The notes under the pieces are model-generated. The model made no database searches, was not told the DNA's origin, and saw nothing but the letters and a program-made list of their open reading frames with translations. Shown here one piece after another: positions 34,783 through 46,437 of a stretch of 64,000 nt of DNA. The stretch comes from an uncultured cyanobacterium (GTDB taxonomy: Bacteria > Cyanobacteriota > Cyanobacteriia > Cyanobacteriales > Nostocaceae). The translations under genes were made by a program, and so were the position numbers. How positions within the stretch are numbered: the first letter of the stretch is position 1; each line of letters begins with the position of its first letter. The stretch spans positions 160,001 through 224,000 of the forward strand of contig CAVUDP010000001.1 of assembly GCA_963740315.1 (NCBI GenBank). The letters run 5' to 3'.

Positions 34783-35967
34783 ATGGAAGATTTTAGTCAA
34801 TTGCTTATTGATAAAAAAAAGGTAATCATACAAAACTGGCTTAAAAAGGTTTGTCAGGATAGTGAAATTGAAAGCACACACGGATTATCTCGCCCAGCCA
34901 TAGTAAACCATCTAGATCATGTTCTTATTGCCCTAGCAACAGTGCTTTCCAAAAATAGCGAAGATGACTTTGAGGCAATAGTAGAAGCGAGTTTAAGTCA
35001 TGGAATTCTCCGCGCCGAACAAGGTTATGATGCTAACGAAATAGCTAGGGAATACCATTTGTTTCGTCAAGCTATATTTTCAACTTTAGAAAAACATTTA
35101 CTCAAAGCAACAGCACCCGAGATAATGCGAGCCATGCGATCGATTGATAGCGTAGTAGATGAAGCGATCGCTCGTTGTTTTAAAAGTTATACACATCAAA
35201 GAATTGACGAATTAGAGCATTTACAAAATCAGTTAACTTTGCACAATCAAGAATTAACTAGATTTGTTCGCACGAGTCAAGATAACCTTTCTTTTTTAGC
35301 GCACGAACTTAAAACTCCTTTGACATCAATTATCGGTTATTCGGATTTATTTTTACGGATACAAAAACAGAAAGCTGAAGTTCGAGATACCTATGGAAGT
35401 TTAGAACATATTCAGCGTGTATTAAATAGTGGTAGACAGTTATTGCGTTTGATAAATAATGCTTTAGAAATTTCTCGACTTGAAGCAGGAGAAATACAAC
35501 TGAAGTTAGAACCAATTAATCCGCATGAATTAATTGCAGAAGTATGTAAAATGTTGCAACCTTTATTAGACAAGAAAAATATTGAAATTATTATAAATTG
35601 TCAAAATGCTCCTGAAACAGTTGTAACAGATGTGTTGAAATTGCAACAAGTGATTACAAATCTTGTTAGTAATGCAATTCGCTATACCGAATCGGGAACA
35701 ATTGAAATCAACTGCGAATTAGATCGAAGTAAATATAAGATTGAATTTTCAGATACCGGAATTGGTATTGCCGAAGAAGACTTAGTTAATATTTTTAATC
35801 CTTACTATCGTGCTAATTCCAAAGGTGAATCTTGCTTTATAGATGGTACAGGCTTAGGTTTAGCAATAGTTGCCCAAATTATTCAATTAATCCAAGGGGA
35901 AATTAAAGTGGAATCTGTATTAGGTGATGGCTCTACATTTACCGTTGTTTTCCCCCTGGAAATATAG
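34783..35967 (+). CDS. Histidine kinase with N-terminal RsbRD_N-like helical domain
   Basis: HGILRAEQGYD..EIAREY; LAHELKTPL, NLVSNAIRYT, DTGIG, GTGLGL; ORF extends to 34744. Confidence 0.9.
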   Translation: MEDFSQLLIDKKKVIIQNWLKKVCQDSEIESTHGLSRPAIVNHLDHVLIALATVLSKNSEDDFEAIVEASLSHGILRAEQGYDANEIAREYHLFRQAIFSTLEKHLLKATAPEIMRAMRSIDSVVDEAIARCFKSYTHQRIDELEHLQNQLTLHNQELTRFVRTSQDNLSFLAHELKTPLTSIIGYSDLFLRIQKQKAEVRDTYGSLEHIQRVLNSGRQLLRLINNALEISRLEAGEIQLKLEPINPHELIAEVCKMLQPLLDKKNIEIIINCQNAPETVVTDVLKLQQVITNLVSNAIRYTESGTIEINCELDRSKYKIEFSDTGIGIAEEDLVNIFNPYYRANSKGESCFIDGTGLGLAIVAQIIQLIQGEIKVESVLGDGSTFTVVFPLEI

Positions 35968-35989
35968 AATCAGTAATCAATCCTCTAAT

Positions 35990-37144
35990 TTAAAGAAAAC
36001 CTTCTTCTTCTAAATTCCTTAAAGCATTTTCCGCAGCGGCTTTTCTCGCTTCTTTTATATTCTTTCCGGTGCCTTCTCCGAACTTCTTCTTTTCTACAAT
36101 TACTTCACACAGATATTCTGGAGCGTGAGGTACACCACCTATTTTAACGGGAATATAATCGGGTAGATTGGGTGGATTTTGCGGAATGTTGCGCTGAACC
36201 CATGCTTGAAGCTGATTTATTGGATCGAGATGAGAACGGAATTCAACTATTTCTTCCGGAACTGAATCAAATAATGGTTCAATAACATCACGTGCTGCTT
36301 CAATATCTGAATTATTATCAATATAATAAGCTGCAATTACTGCTTCAAAAGTGCTGCTAAGTAAATTTGGGTTTTTGTATCCTCCTTCGCGGATAGCACC
36401 TTTACCCAATCGCATCTTTTTGTCTAAACCGACTTCCAAAGCAAACCTTGATAGCTGCTTTTCGTCAACTAATGCCGAACGTCTGCGCGTTAATTCATCC
36501 TCTCCGATTTCTGGATAACGGCGGTACAAATAATCTCCACTTAAATAAGTTAATAAAGCATCACCTAAAAATTCCAAACGTTCGTTATGTTCGCCTTCTT
36601 GGGGATTTTCATGAACGTAAGAACGATGAGTAAGCGCACGACGTAAAAGCGAATCACGATCGAATTTAGCTTTTTGAATAACTTCTACTAAGTTCTCTTT
36701 TTTACGTTTTTCTGTTGATTTAGAACATAATAACATTAAGATTTCCTGTTTATATTGTTCTGCAATCTTTACTTCAGATGCAGATATAGCTTTGAGCAGT
36801 CTAGTTATACTATCAATAGCGCGATAAGTATCATCCGTAGAAAAATGAGATTGATGCGCCCATTTGTTACGAATCTCTATCAATTCATACACCAAAACGC
36901 GATTATCAAAACTGATTTTAAATACTGGTTCCCAATGCTTAATTATCACTTTGAGTAAAACAGAAATATCTTCGCTCAACATTTCTTCGGAGTTACGTCG
37001 TGATTTTTCCTTAGACAAACATGATACAGCCTCTTTTAACCAGTCCGCACCGTAAACTTTCTGCATTTCTCTTTTTACATAAGGATATAAACCTTGATTC
37101 AAAAGAGTTAAACCTCTACCAACACCGCGATCGCTAATAGTCAT
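35990..37144 (-). CDS. rnc: Ribonuclease III with N-terminal Swt1-like HEPN domain
   Basis: ALTHRSY, NERLEFLGDA signature and C-terminal dsRBD; N-terminal RNKWAH (Rx4H) HEPN motif. Confidence 0.85.
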   Translation of the reverse strand: MTISDRGVGRGLTLLNQGLYPYVKREMQKVYGADWLKEAVSCLSKEKSRRNSEEMLSEDISVLLKVIIKHWEPVFKISFDNRVLVYELIEIRNKWAHQSHFSTDDTYRAIDSITRLLKAISASEVKIAEQYKQEILMLLCSKSTEKRKKENLVEVIQKAKFDRDSLLRRALTHRSYVHENPQEGEHNERLEFLGDALLTYLSGDYLYRRYPEIGEDELTRRRSALVDEKQLSRFALEVGLDKKMRLGKGAIREGGYKNPNLLSSTFEAVIAAYYIDNNSDIEAARDVIEPLFDSVPEEIVEFRSHLDPINQLQAWVQRNIPQNPPNLPDYIPVKIGGVPHAPEYLCEVIVEKKKFGEGTGKNIKEARKAAAENALRNLEEEGFL

Positions 37145-37305
37145 ATTTAGTATTTAAAATCACATTTGACGTAGTAATTATTTTATCTGAAGCTACTGAA
37201 AATACTTCAATTTTTAGATAATCGAGATAGGTTGGGTTTGGTTGCTCATCCTAAAACAAGGTAAGCTAGAAAATTAGACTAATTAAACTAACTATTATAT
37301 AAAAA

Positions 37306-39339
37306 ATGGCTGCATCCACTGTTACTTCTACTCTTACCACTTTTCCTTTATCTGCTGTAGTTGGTCAAGAAGCGATTAAATCAGCTTTACTATTGGCAGC
37401 AGTCGATCCTGAATTGGGGGGAGTAGCGATCGCCGGACGTAGAGGAACCGCAAAGTCGGTGATGGCAAGGGCTATTCACGCTTTATTACCACCGATTGAA
37501 GTTGTCAAAAATTCTATTAGTAATTGCAATCCCGACAAACCAGAAGAATGGGATGATGATTTATGTACAGACGTTAAATTTAACGTCTCTACAATAGAAA
37601 CTGAAATAATCCCCGCACCATTTTTACAAATCCCCTTGGGAGTCACCGAAGATCGACTTTTGGGTTCGGTGGATGTGGAAAAATCGGTAAAGCAGGGGGA
37701 GACAGTATTTCAACCGGGTTTACTCGCAGCAGCACATCGCGGCGTACTGTATGTAGATGAAATCAACCTTTTAGATGAGCAAATTAGCAATCAACTTTTA
37801 AGCGTACTATCCGAAGGGCGCAACCAAATCGAACGCGAAGGAATCAGTTTTCAACATCCTTGCAAAGCTTTATTTATTGCTACTTATAATCCCGAAGAAG
37901 GAAATTTACGCGAACATTTATTAGATAGAATTGCGATTTCCCTTTCCGCAGACGGCGTTTTAGGTTTAGATGACAGAGTGCAAGCAGTAGAGCAAGCGAT
38001 CGCCTATTCTCGTTCTCCTCAAGAATTTCTCCAGCAGTACAGCGAAGATATCGACTCGATTCAAACTCAAATTGTCTTAGCGCGGGAATGGTTGAAAGAA
38101 GTTACTATTACCCAAGAACAAATTAGTTACCTTGTCGAAGAAGCAATTCGCGGCGTAGTGCAGGGACATCGCGCCGAATTATTTGCAGTGCGAGTAGCTA
38201 AAGCATCCGCAGCATTAGATGGAAGAGACAAAGTTAATGCCGAAGATTTGCGTCGTGCCGTGGAATTAGTCATAGTACCCCGCGCCACCGTAATTCAATC
38301 GCCACCAGAAGAAGAACAACAGCCACCACCACCACCACCACAACAAAACCAAGAGCCAGAAGACGAATCAGAACAAGAGCAAGACGAACAGGAAGAAAAA
38401 GAAGAAGAAGAATCCAACCAAGAAGAACAAGAACCACCAGGAATTCCCGAAGAATTCGTTTTCGATCCAGAAGGCGTAATCTTAGATGAAAGCGTACTTT
38501 ACTTTGCTCAAACAGCCCAGCGCAAAGGAAACTCCGGAAGTCGCGGTTTAATCTTTTCCGATGATAGGGGACGCTACATCAAACCAATGATACCCAAAGG
38601 AAAAGTCCGTCGCATCGCCGTAGATGCCACATTGCGAGCCGCAGCACCATATCAAAAAGCACGTAGGCAAAGAAATCCCGGTAGAAACGTGATTGTAGAA
38701 CAAGGCGATATTCGTGCTAAAAGATTGGCGAGAAAAGCCGGAGCATTAGTAATATTTGTTGTAGACGCTTCCGGTTCAATGGCACTCAACCGAATGCAGT
38801 CAGCCAAAGGAGCGGTAATGCAATTATTAACAGAAGCATATCAAAACCGCGACCAAGTAGCATTAATTCCCTTCCGAGGAGAGCAAGCAGAAGTAATGTT
38901 ACCACCCACACGTTCCATAACATTAGCCCGCACCCGTTTAGAAAAAATGCCATGCGGCGGCGGTTCACCCCTTGCTCACGGATTAACCCAAGCCGCTCAC
39001 GTCGGTTTAAACGCCCAAAGAAGCGGAGACATCGGACAAGTAGTTATAGTTGCAATTACCGACGGACGCGGTAACATATCGTTATCTCGCTCTCTAGGTG
39101 AACCCCAAGAACCCGGAGAAAAGCCAGATATTAAAGGAGAATTATTAGAAGTAGCCGCCAAAATCCGCGCTTTAGGAATGCAGTTGCTAGTAATTGACAC
39201 CGAAAGTAAATTTGTGTCTACAGGGTTTGCGAAAGAGCTAGCAAAGAACGCTGGGGGCAAATATTATCACCTACCTAAAGCTACCGATAAAGCAATTGCA
39301 GCCATGACAAAAGGTGCGATCGCAGATTTGAGAATGTAG
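37306..39339 (+). CDS. chlD: Magnesium chelatase subunit D
   Basis: [15 protein letters not shown], Pro/acidic linker, vWA DASGSM. Confidence 0.97.
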   Translation: MAASTVTSTLTTFPLSAVVGQEAIKSALLLAAVDPELGGVAIAGRRGTAKSVMARAIHALLPPIEVVKNSISNCNPDKPEEWDDDLCTDVKFNVSTIETEIIPAPFLQIPLGVTEDRLLGSVDVEKSVKQGETVFQPGLLAAAHRGVLYVDEINLLDEQISNQLLSVLSEGRNQIEREGISFQHPCKALFIATYNPEEGNLREHLLDRIAISLSADGVLGLDDRVQAVEQAIAYSRSPQEFLQQYSEDIDSIQTQIVLAREWLKEVTITQEQISYLVEEAIRGVVQGHRAELFAVRVAKASAALDGRDKVNAEDLRRAVELVIVPRATVIQSPPEEEQQPPPPPPQQNQEPEDESEQEQDEQEEKEEEESNQEEQEPPGIPEEFVFDPEGVILDESVLYFAQTAQRKGNSGSRGLIFSDDRGRYIKPMIPKGKVRRIAVDATLRAAAPYQKARRQRNPGRNVIVEQGDIRAKRLARKAGALVIFVVDASGSMALNRMQSAKGAVMQLLTEAYQNRDQVALIPFRGEQAEVMLPPTRSITLARTRLEKMPCGGGSPLAHGLTQAAHVGLNAQRSGDIGQVVIVAITDGRGNISLSRSLGEPQEPGEKPDIKGELLEVAAKIRALGMQLLVIDTESKFVSTGFAKELAKNAGGKYYHLPKATDKAIAAMTKGAIADLRM

Positions 39340-39495
39340 TGGGGATTGGGAATCAATATTCGTTCGTAGTTGCGCTTTAGCGCCAAATATGTAGCATAAG
39401 TTTGTAATTTGTAGGTTGGGTTAGGCGCACGAAGAAATTTGTTTTTAACCCGAAATGAAATTGCGCCGTAACCCAACATTTTCAAGAGGTAAGTT

Positions 39496-39915
39496 ATGAC
39501 TGCTGAGGAGTTGTTGGAAAGGTATGAGAAGGGGGAACGAGATTTTAGTGAGGTTGATTTGAGTAAGGTTAATTTGGAAGAGGTTTGTCTTGATGGAATC
39601 AATCTCGAAGGAGCTAACCTTAGTGGAACCCTTTTGTTCCATTCCACTTTGCGAGGAGCTATTCTCAGAAATGCCAACCTGGAAGGAGCCGATTTGAGTC
39701 TAACTGTTTTGGATGAAGCCGATTTCCGAGGAGCTAATCTCAAAAATTGTAGGACTTTGGAATGTTCTATGATTAGGACTAACTTCCGAAATGCTAGAGA
39801 CGAAGGAATGATCTGGAATGGGTATGCGTACAATACGGTTCTGCCTGACGGTCAAGTTGTCTCCGATCCCGACCCCGAAAGAGATCGATGGATTGCTGAA
39901 GGGAATGACTTCTAA
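39496..39915 (+). CDS. Pentapeptide repeat protein
   Basis: MTAEELLERYEKGERDF leader, A(D/N)LxG repeats, NTVLPDG tail; GAGG SD. Confidence 0.88.
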   Translation: MTAEELLERYEKGERDFSEVDLSKVNLEEVCLDGINLEGANLSGTLLFHSTLRGAILRNANLEGADLSLTVLDEADFRGANLKNCRTLECSMIRTNFRNARDEGMIWNGYAYNTVLPDGQVVSDPDPERDRWIAEGNDF

Positions 39916-40311
39916 TTCCGCCAATAGTTCGTAGTTCGTAGGTTGGGTTGAGGAACGAAACCCAACACAATCTGGAAAACTCAACCAAATAATTCAAATC
40001 AAAACAATATTAAACACCTAACGAAACAACGCGCTTCATTCAAAATGTATGTTTGGCAATTTTATATGAAATCAAAATATTGATGTTGGGTTACGACGCA
40101 ATTTCAATTTTTGGTTGATTTTTCGATATTATCGTGCGTCTAACCCAACCTACGATTTATGTAATTTTATATAAATTTTATATTAAATCAAAATATTGAT
40201 GTTGGGTTACGACGCAATACGAATTAATTGGTTTATCTTTAAATATTGTCGTGCGTCTAACCCAACCTACCGTTTAAAGTTGTATGTGTTGGTTATTGCG
40301 AAAAATAAATA

Positions 40312-40857
40312 ATGGTTTGGGAAATTACTGCTGACGAGTTGTTGGAACGGTATGCTGATGGGGAAAGAAACTTCGCTGGAATTAGATTGCTTGAGAATGG
40401 TTTTCGCCCTTCCAAATATAGTGGAGAAGGGAGCGATCTTGATGGTGTGGTTTTGCGAGATATTAACTTGCGAGGGGCTTACTTTAATGAAGTCTACTTG
40501 ATTGGAGCCGATTTGACTGGAGCCGATTTGGGGGGGATTTTTCTGGGTGGCTGTTGTTTGAGCAAAGGAATCCTTCGGGATGTCAATTTGTATGGTGCCA
40601 ACGTTTCTCATAGTGGCTTCATCGATACCGATTTGCGGGGAAGCGACCTTGATTGTATCAACGGCATAGGTACTAGTTTTCGCGGAGCCTATCTTGATAC
40701 CTTGGAATATGCTGTTCTCGCTGAAGCTGACTTCAAGGGTGCCCACACCACTAATGGCTTGATCTGCCGAGGCATGAATTTGATTTGGTATACTACCATG
40801 CCGGATGGAACTATCGTACATGGTCCACAGTGGGGAACCGGACGTGATGCAAGATGA
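40312..40857 (+). CDS. Pentapeptide repeat protein
   Basis: ITADELLERYADGERNF leader, ADLTG repeats, TTMPDG tail. Confidence 0.88.
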   Translation: MVWEITADELLERYADGERNFAGIRLLENGFRPSKYSGEGSDLDGVVLRDINLRGAYFNEVYLIGADLTGADLGGIFLGGCCLSKGILRDVNLYGANVSHSGFIDTDLRGSDLDCINGIGTSFRGAYLDTLEYAVLAEADFKGAHTTNGLICRGMNLIWYTTMPDGTIVHGPQWGTGRDAR

Positions 40858-41353
40858 TTTCGTAGGTTGGGTTGAGGAACGAAACCCAACATAACCTAGA
40901 AAACTAAACCAAATAATTCAAATCAAAACAATATTAAACACCTAACGAAACAACTCGCTTCATTTTAAAAATGTATGTTTGGCAATTTTATATTAAATCA
41001 AAATACCGATGTTGGGTTACGACGCAATTTCAATCACTGGTTGATTTTTAAATATTGTCGTGCGTCTAACCCAACCTACCACTAATTCAAAAATCTATGT
41101 CGGGTAATTCATTATTAAATCAAAACATTGATGTTGGGTTACGACGCAATCTCAATCAATTCGCTAATAATTCAATCTTTTCGTGCGTCTAACCCAACCT
41201 ACAATTAAAACTCTTGTGGGATGGGCATCTCTGCCCGTCCAAATCTACTTCATAACAATAATCAAAACACCGATGTTGGGTTAGGACGCAATACTAATTA
41301 ATCGGTTAATAATTCAATCTTTTCGTGCGTCTAACCCAACCTACCAACTACCA

Positions 41354-41896
41354 TTATTCATTCCCTACCCAATCGGGAAATTCTAATTCTACTCCTGCAC
41401 CCCAATCAATATCATAAATGCCTCGTTTAACATCGCGATGAAAGCTTGAATATTTCCAATCTTTGGGTGCTTTCACATATCCATGTCGCACGGGGTTGTA
41501 ATGAATATAATTTACATGGTAATTAAAATCTGTTTCGTCGCGGATTTGATGTTCCCAAAAACGACGCTGCCAAACTCCTTGTTCTTTTTTATTCTGGCGC
41601 GATGCGGATATTTTTCCTTTATACTTTGGATGACATCGCCGACTAAAACCACCTTTAATTAAGCTCCAACGAATTGAAAAGTCATCATCATTTGATGGTA
41701 AAGTCCAAATACAGTGCAAATGTTCGGGTAAAATCACTATTGCGTCGATTGTAAAACGGTGCTGCCTCATTACCCGTTTGAATATCTTTCTTAGCAATAC
41801 AATATTTTCTTCATGACACAAAAATTTGCGGCGATTTTGAGTGACAACCGTGAAAAAGAAAGTACCTCCTTCTATTTTTGCTCTACGGTATTCCAT
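41354..41896 (-). mobile_element. rayT: REP-associated tyrosine transposase (RAYT, IS200/IS605 TnpA Y1 superfamily)
   Basis: GGTFFFTVVT, LPEHLH (HUH), WQRRFWEHQIRD, YIHYNPV catalytic Tyr, WKYSS. Confidence 0.93.
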
Positions 41897-42364
41897 TTAT
41901 TTTGTTAGATAAATAAATACAATTATATTCAATTCGTATTTCGTAGGTTGGGTTGAGGAACGAAGCCCAACAATATCAGAGCTTTTGCTTGTTGGGTTAC
42001 GACACAATTTGAATTAATTCGTTAATTGTTAAATCTTATCGTGTGTCTAACCCAACAAAGCGATTTGTGCAATTTTATCTAATTTTTTTATCTGAAATCA
42101 AAATACTGATGTTGGGTTACGACGCAATATCAATTAATTCGTTAATTATTAAATCCTCTCGTGCGTCTAACCCAACCTACCACTCTTGTGGGATGGGCAT
42201 CCCTGCCCATCTGAATCTACTTCGTAATAACCATCAAAACGCGCTTTGTTGGGTTACGACGCAATTTCAATAAGAAGGTTAATCGCTAAATCTTGTTGTG
42301 CGTCTAACCCAACCTACAATTATCTTTATATATTCCCCATGCCCAATCCCCAATCCCCAATTCC

Positions 42365-42979
42365 CTAATCCTCAAAAATCGCCCCGCGCAACTGCAATTC
42401 AAGCTTCATCCTCTGAGAAATACCTGTATTCCACCCAAAACGAGCATTATCAACTCTAGCACCACAAAAATCGGTATCGGAGAGATTTGCACCGAGAAAA
42501 TGAGCGTCATTGAGGTTAGCATTACTCAAAACAGCTTCACTAAGATTGCTACCTAATAAATAAGCATTGCTGAGATTCGCTTCTCTTAAATTGGCACCTC
42601 GAAGAATACTACCGCTCAAAATAGCTCCTTGTAAGTCTGCCTCTTGTAAATCGGTACCGCGCAAAATCGCAAGACAAAGATTAGCACCTTTCAAACTTGC
42701 ACCTCGAAGTATAGCAAGGCTGAGGTTTGCATTACTAAAGTCAAAACCTGACAAATTATTATTGCTTAGTAAATTCCAATTTAAATTGCTTTCTGCCAAA
42801 CAATCATTTATTAATTGAGCTTCATTTAAACGGATATAACTCAAATCCGTACCGCTTAAATCAACGCCATTTAGATTACTATCTATTAATTCTCTATCTA
42901 CCCTAGCGTTGCGCTTCTGAATTTTGTTAATATTAGATGCCCTAAACACAAATGGTAGTTGATTGTCAACTGTATTCAT
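42365..42979 (-). CDS. Pentapeptide repeat protein
   Basis: Many ANLS/ADLQ repeats; C-terminal ARFG.N.G...LQLRGAIFED. Confidence 0.88.
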   Translation of the reverse strand: MNTVDNQLPFVFRASNINKIQKRNARVDRELIDSNLNGVDLSGTDLSYIRLNEAQLINDCLAESNLNWNLLSNNNLSGFDFSNANLSLAILRGASLKGANLCLAILRGTDLQEADLQGAILSGSILRGANLREANLSNAYLLGSNLSEAVLSNANLNDAHFLGANLSDTDFCGARVDNARFGWNTGISQRMKLELQLRGAIFED

Positions 42980-43266
42980 TCGAGGATTTCTGTATGATTG
43001 CCTCTAATAGCTTTATCTTCAAGCCATACTAAAACCTCATGACTGTAGACAGTTTGCTTTACTGTCTCAAAGAAAACGATCAATAATTAGTAGAGAATAG
43101 CAAGCGAGAAAAACTTTTTTCTATTTTCAGCAACAGTTTCAAGCATCATCAAAACCTTTTTACCAATAAAATAATTAACATATGCGATCGCCATTTTTAG
43201 TAGACGGTTGTAAAATCGTCACAACGCCCGATTTTAAGATTGTTGCATAGCTAACATTTTTATAAT

Positions 43267-43332
43267 TTTGGATTTTAGATTTTAGATTTTGGATTGTTCC
43301 CATGCCCAATGCCCAATGCCCCATGCCCAACC
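43267..43332. repeat. STRR tracts (TTTTGGA/TTTTAGA, CCCAATG) overlapping the dusA start
   Basis: Heptamer tandem units. Confidence 0.75.
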
Positions 43333-44284
43333 CCTTAAGCATCGCTCCGATGATGGATAGAACCGATCGCCATTATCGATATTTTATGCGCCAAATTACC
43401 CGCCGCACTTTGCTTTATACGGAAATGGTGACGAGTGCGGCAATTATGCATGGTGACAAAGAGCATTTATTGGGTTTCTCATTGGAAGAAAAGCCGTTGT
43501 CGCTGCAAGTAGGTGGCGATAATCCCGCTGATTTGGCGGAATGCGCTCGTATTGCCGAAGATATGGGTTATGACGAAATTAATTTAAATGTAGGTTGTCC
43601 CAGCAGTCGGGTACAAAGCGGTAATTTCGGTGCTTGTCTAATGGCGAAACCGCAACAGGTAGCGGATTGTGTAGCGGCGATGATTGATGCTACAAAAATT
43701 CCCGTTACCGTCAAGCATCGTATCGGTGTTGATGATTTGGATAGTTACGAGGATATGGTAAATTTTGTGAATGTTGTATCTGGGGCTGGATGCGATCGCT
43801 TTACAGTTCACGCTCGCAAAGCTTGGTTAGAAGGGTTGAGTCCCAAAGAAAACCGCGATGTTCCACCTTTAAGATATGATGACGTGCATCGTTTGAAACA
43901 AGATTTTCCCCATTTATTCATTGAAATCAACGGTGGATTTAAAACTTTAACTCAGGTAGAGCAGCACTTAAACTCAGTTGATGCCGTGATGATAGGACGT
44001 GCGGCTTACGATAATCCCTACCTTTTCGCTACCGTAGATAAAGAATTTTACACTGAAGAATCACCGTTTTTTAATAGACATGAAGTCGTAGAAAATATGT
44101 ATAATTACATAGACAAATGGGCTGCCAAAGGATTGAAGCTTAATAAAATTACCAGACATATGCTGCAACTATTTGCCGGAAAACCCGGTAGTCGCGCTTG
44201 GAAGCAGCACATTACCGAAAACTCGTGTCGTTTTGGAGTTGGTTCGGAAGTCGTGCGGGAAGCTTTGGCGAAAGTTCCAGGTTA

Positions 44285-44285
<1 letters not shown>
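43323..44285 (+). CDS. dusA: tRNA dihydrouridine(20/20a) synthase
   Basis: SIAPMMDRTDRH, NLNVGCPS, TVKHRIG, VHARKAWLEGLSPKENR; ORF extends to 43302 through STRR. Confidence 0.95.
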
Positions 44286-46128
<1,843 letters not shown>

Positions 46129-46140
46129 TTATTAGGTGAT

Positions 46141-46230
46141 TTGGGGGATGGGGAGAGGGGGTAGAGGGGGTAAAGGGGGTAGAATTTTTTATTTCTAACT
46201 CCTAACTCCTAACTCCTAACTCCTAACTAT
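46141..46230. repeat. STRR tracts (AGAGGGGGT, TAACTCC)
   Basis: Tandem units downstream of pgm. Confidence 0.75.
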
Positions 46231-46437
46231 TTGTAATTATTCAATTGAGTTAAAAACCTGTTGAGATGTTTGGGAAAATGTTAAACCTCCGTGCAACGCC
46301 GCACATGAGGAATTTTGTCAGGTTATATATAACTTATGGCTTCAATAATATGAAAAAATTCTGAAGTGCAATAAAAATTTCATGGCTATATAAAAAGCCA
46401 TGTTTGAACCGATCTATTTGGCAAGATTTTACCCATC

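Larger units (their letters stand above)
39411..42317. repeat. GTAG-type REP/REPIN array around RAYT
   Basis: Long hairpins TGTTGGGTTAcGACGCA-N~35-TGCGTCTAACCCAACCTAC at about 40084, 40200, 41010, 41132, 41274, 41990, 42110, 42247 plus an inverted copy at 39411; short REPs GTAGGTTGGGTTGAGGAACGAAACCCAAC at 39938, 40862, 41943. Confidence 0.92.

Noticed and set aside
38320..38440. Low-complexity Pro/Glu/Gln tract in chlD as an anomaly
   Set aside because: Normal proline-rich acidic linker of ChlD/BchD
42043..42273. 76 aa ORF in the REP array (also 39267-39833, 39700-39997, 40267-40821, 40689-40892)
   Set aside because: Read-through of REP units or antisense shadows of the pentapeptide genes
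40084..42317. CRISPR array
   Set aside because: The apparent spacers are related to each other, spacing is irregular, units are single hairpins with a GTAG end, there are no cas genes, and a RAYT is central; a REP array fits better
43302..43322. MPNAQCP N-terminal extension of DusA
   Set aside because: Derived from the CCCAATG heptamer repeat; the downstream ATG at 43323 is the more plausible start
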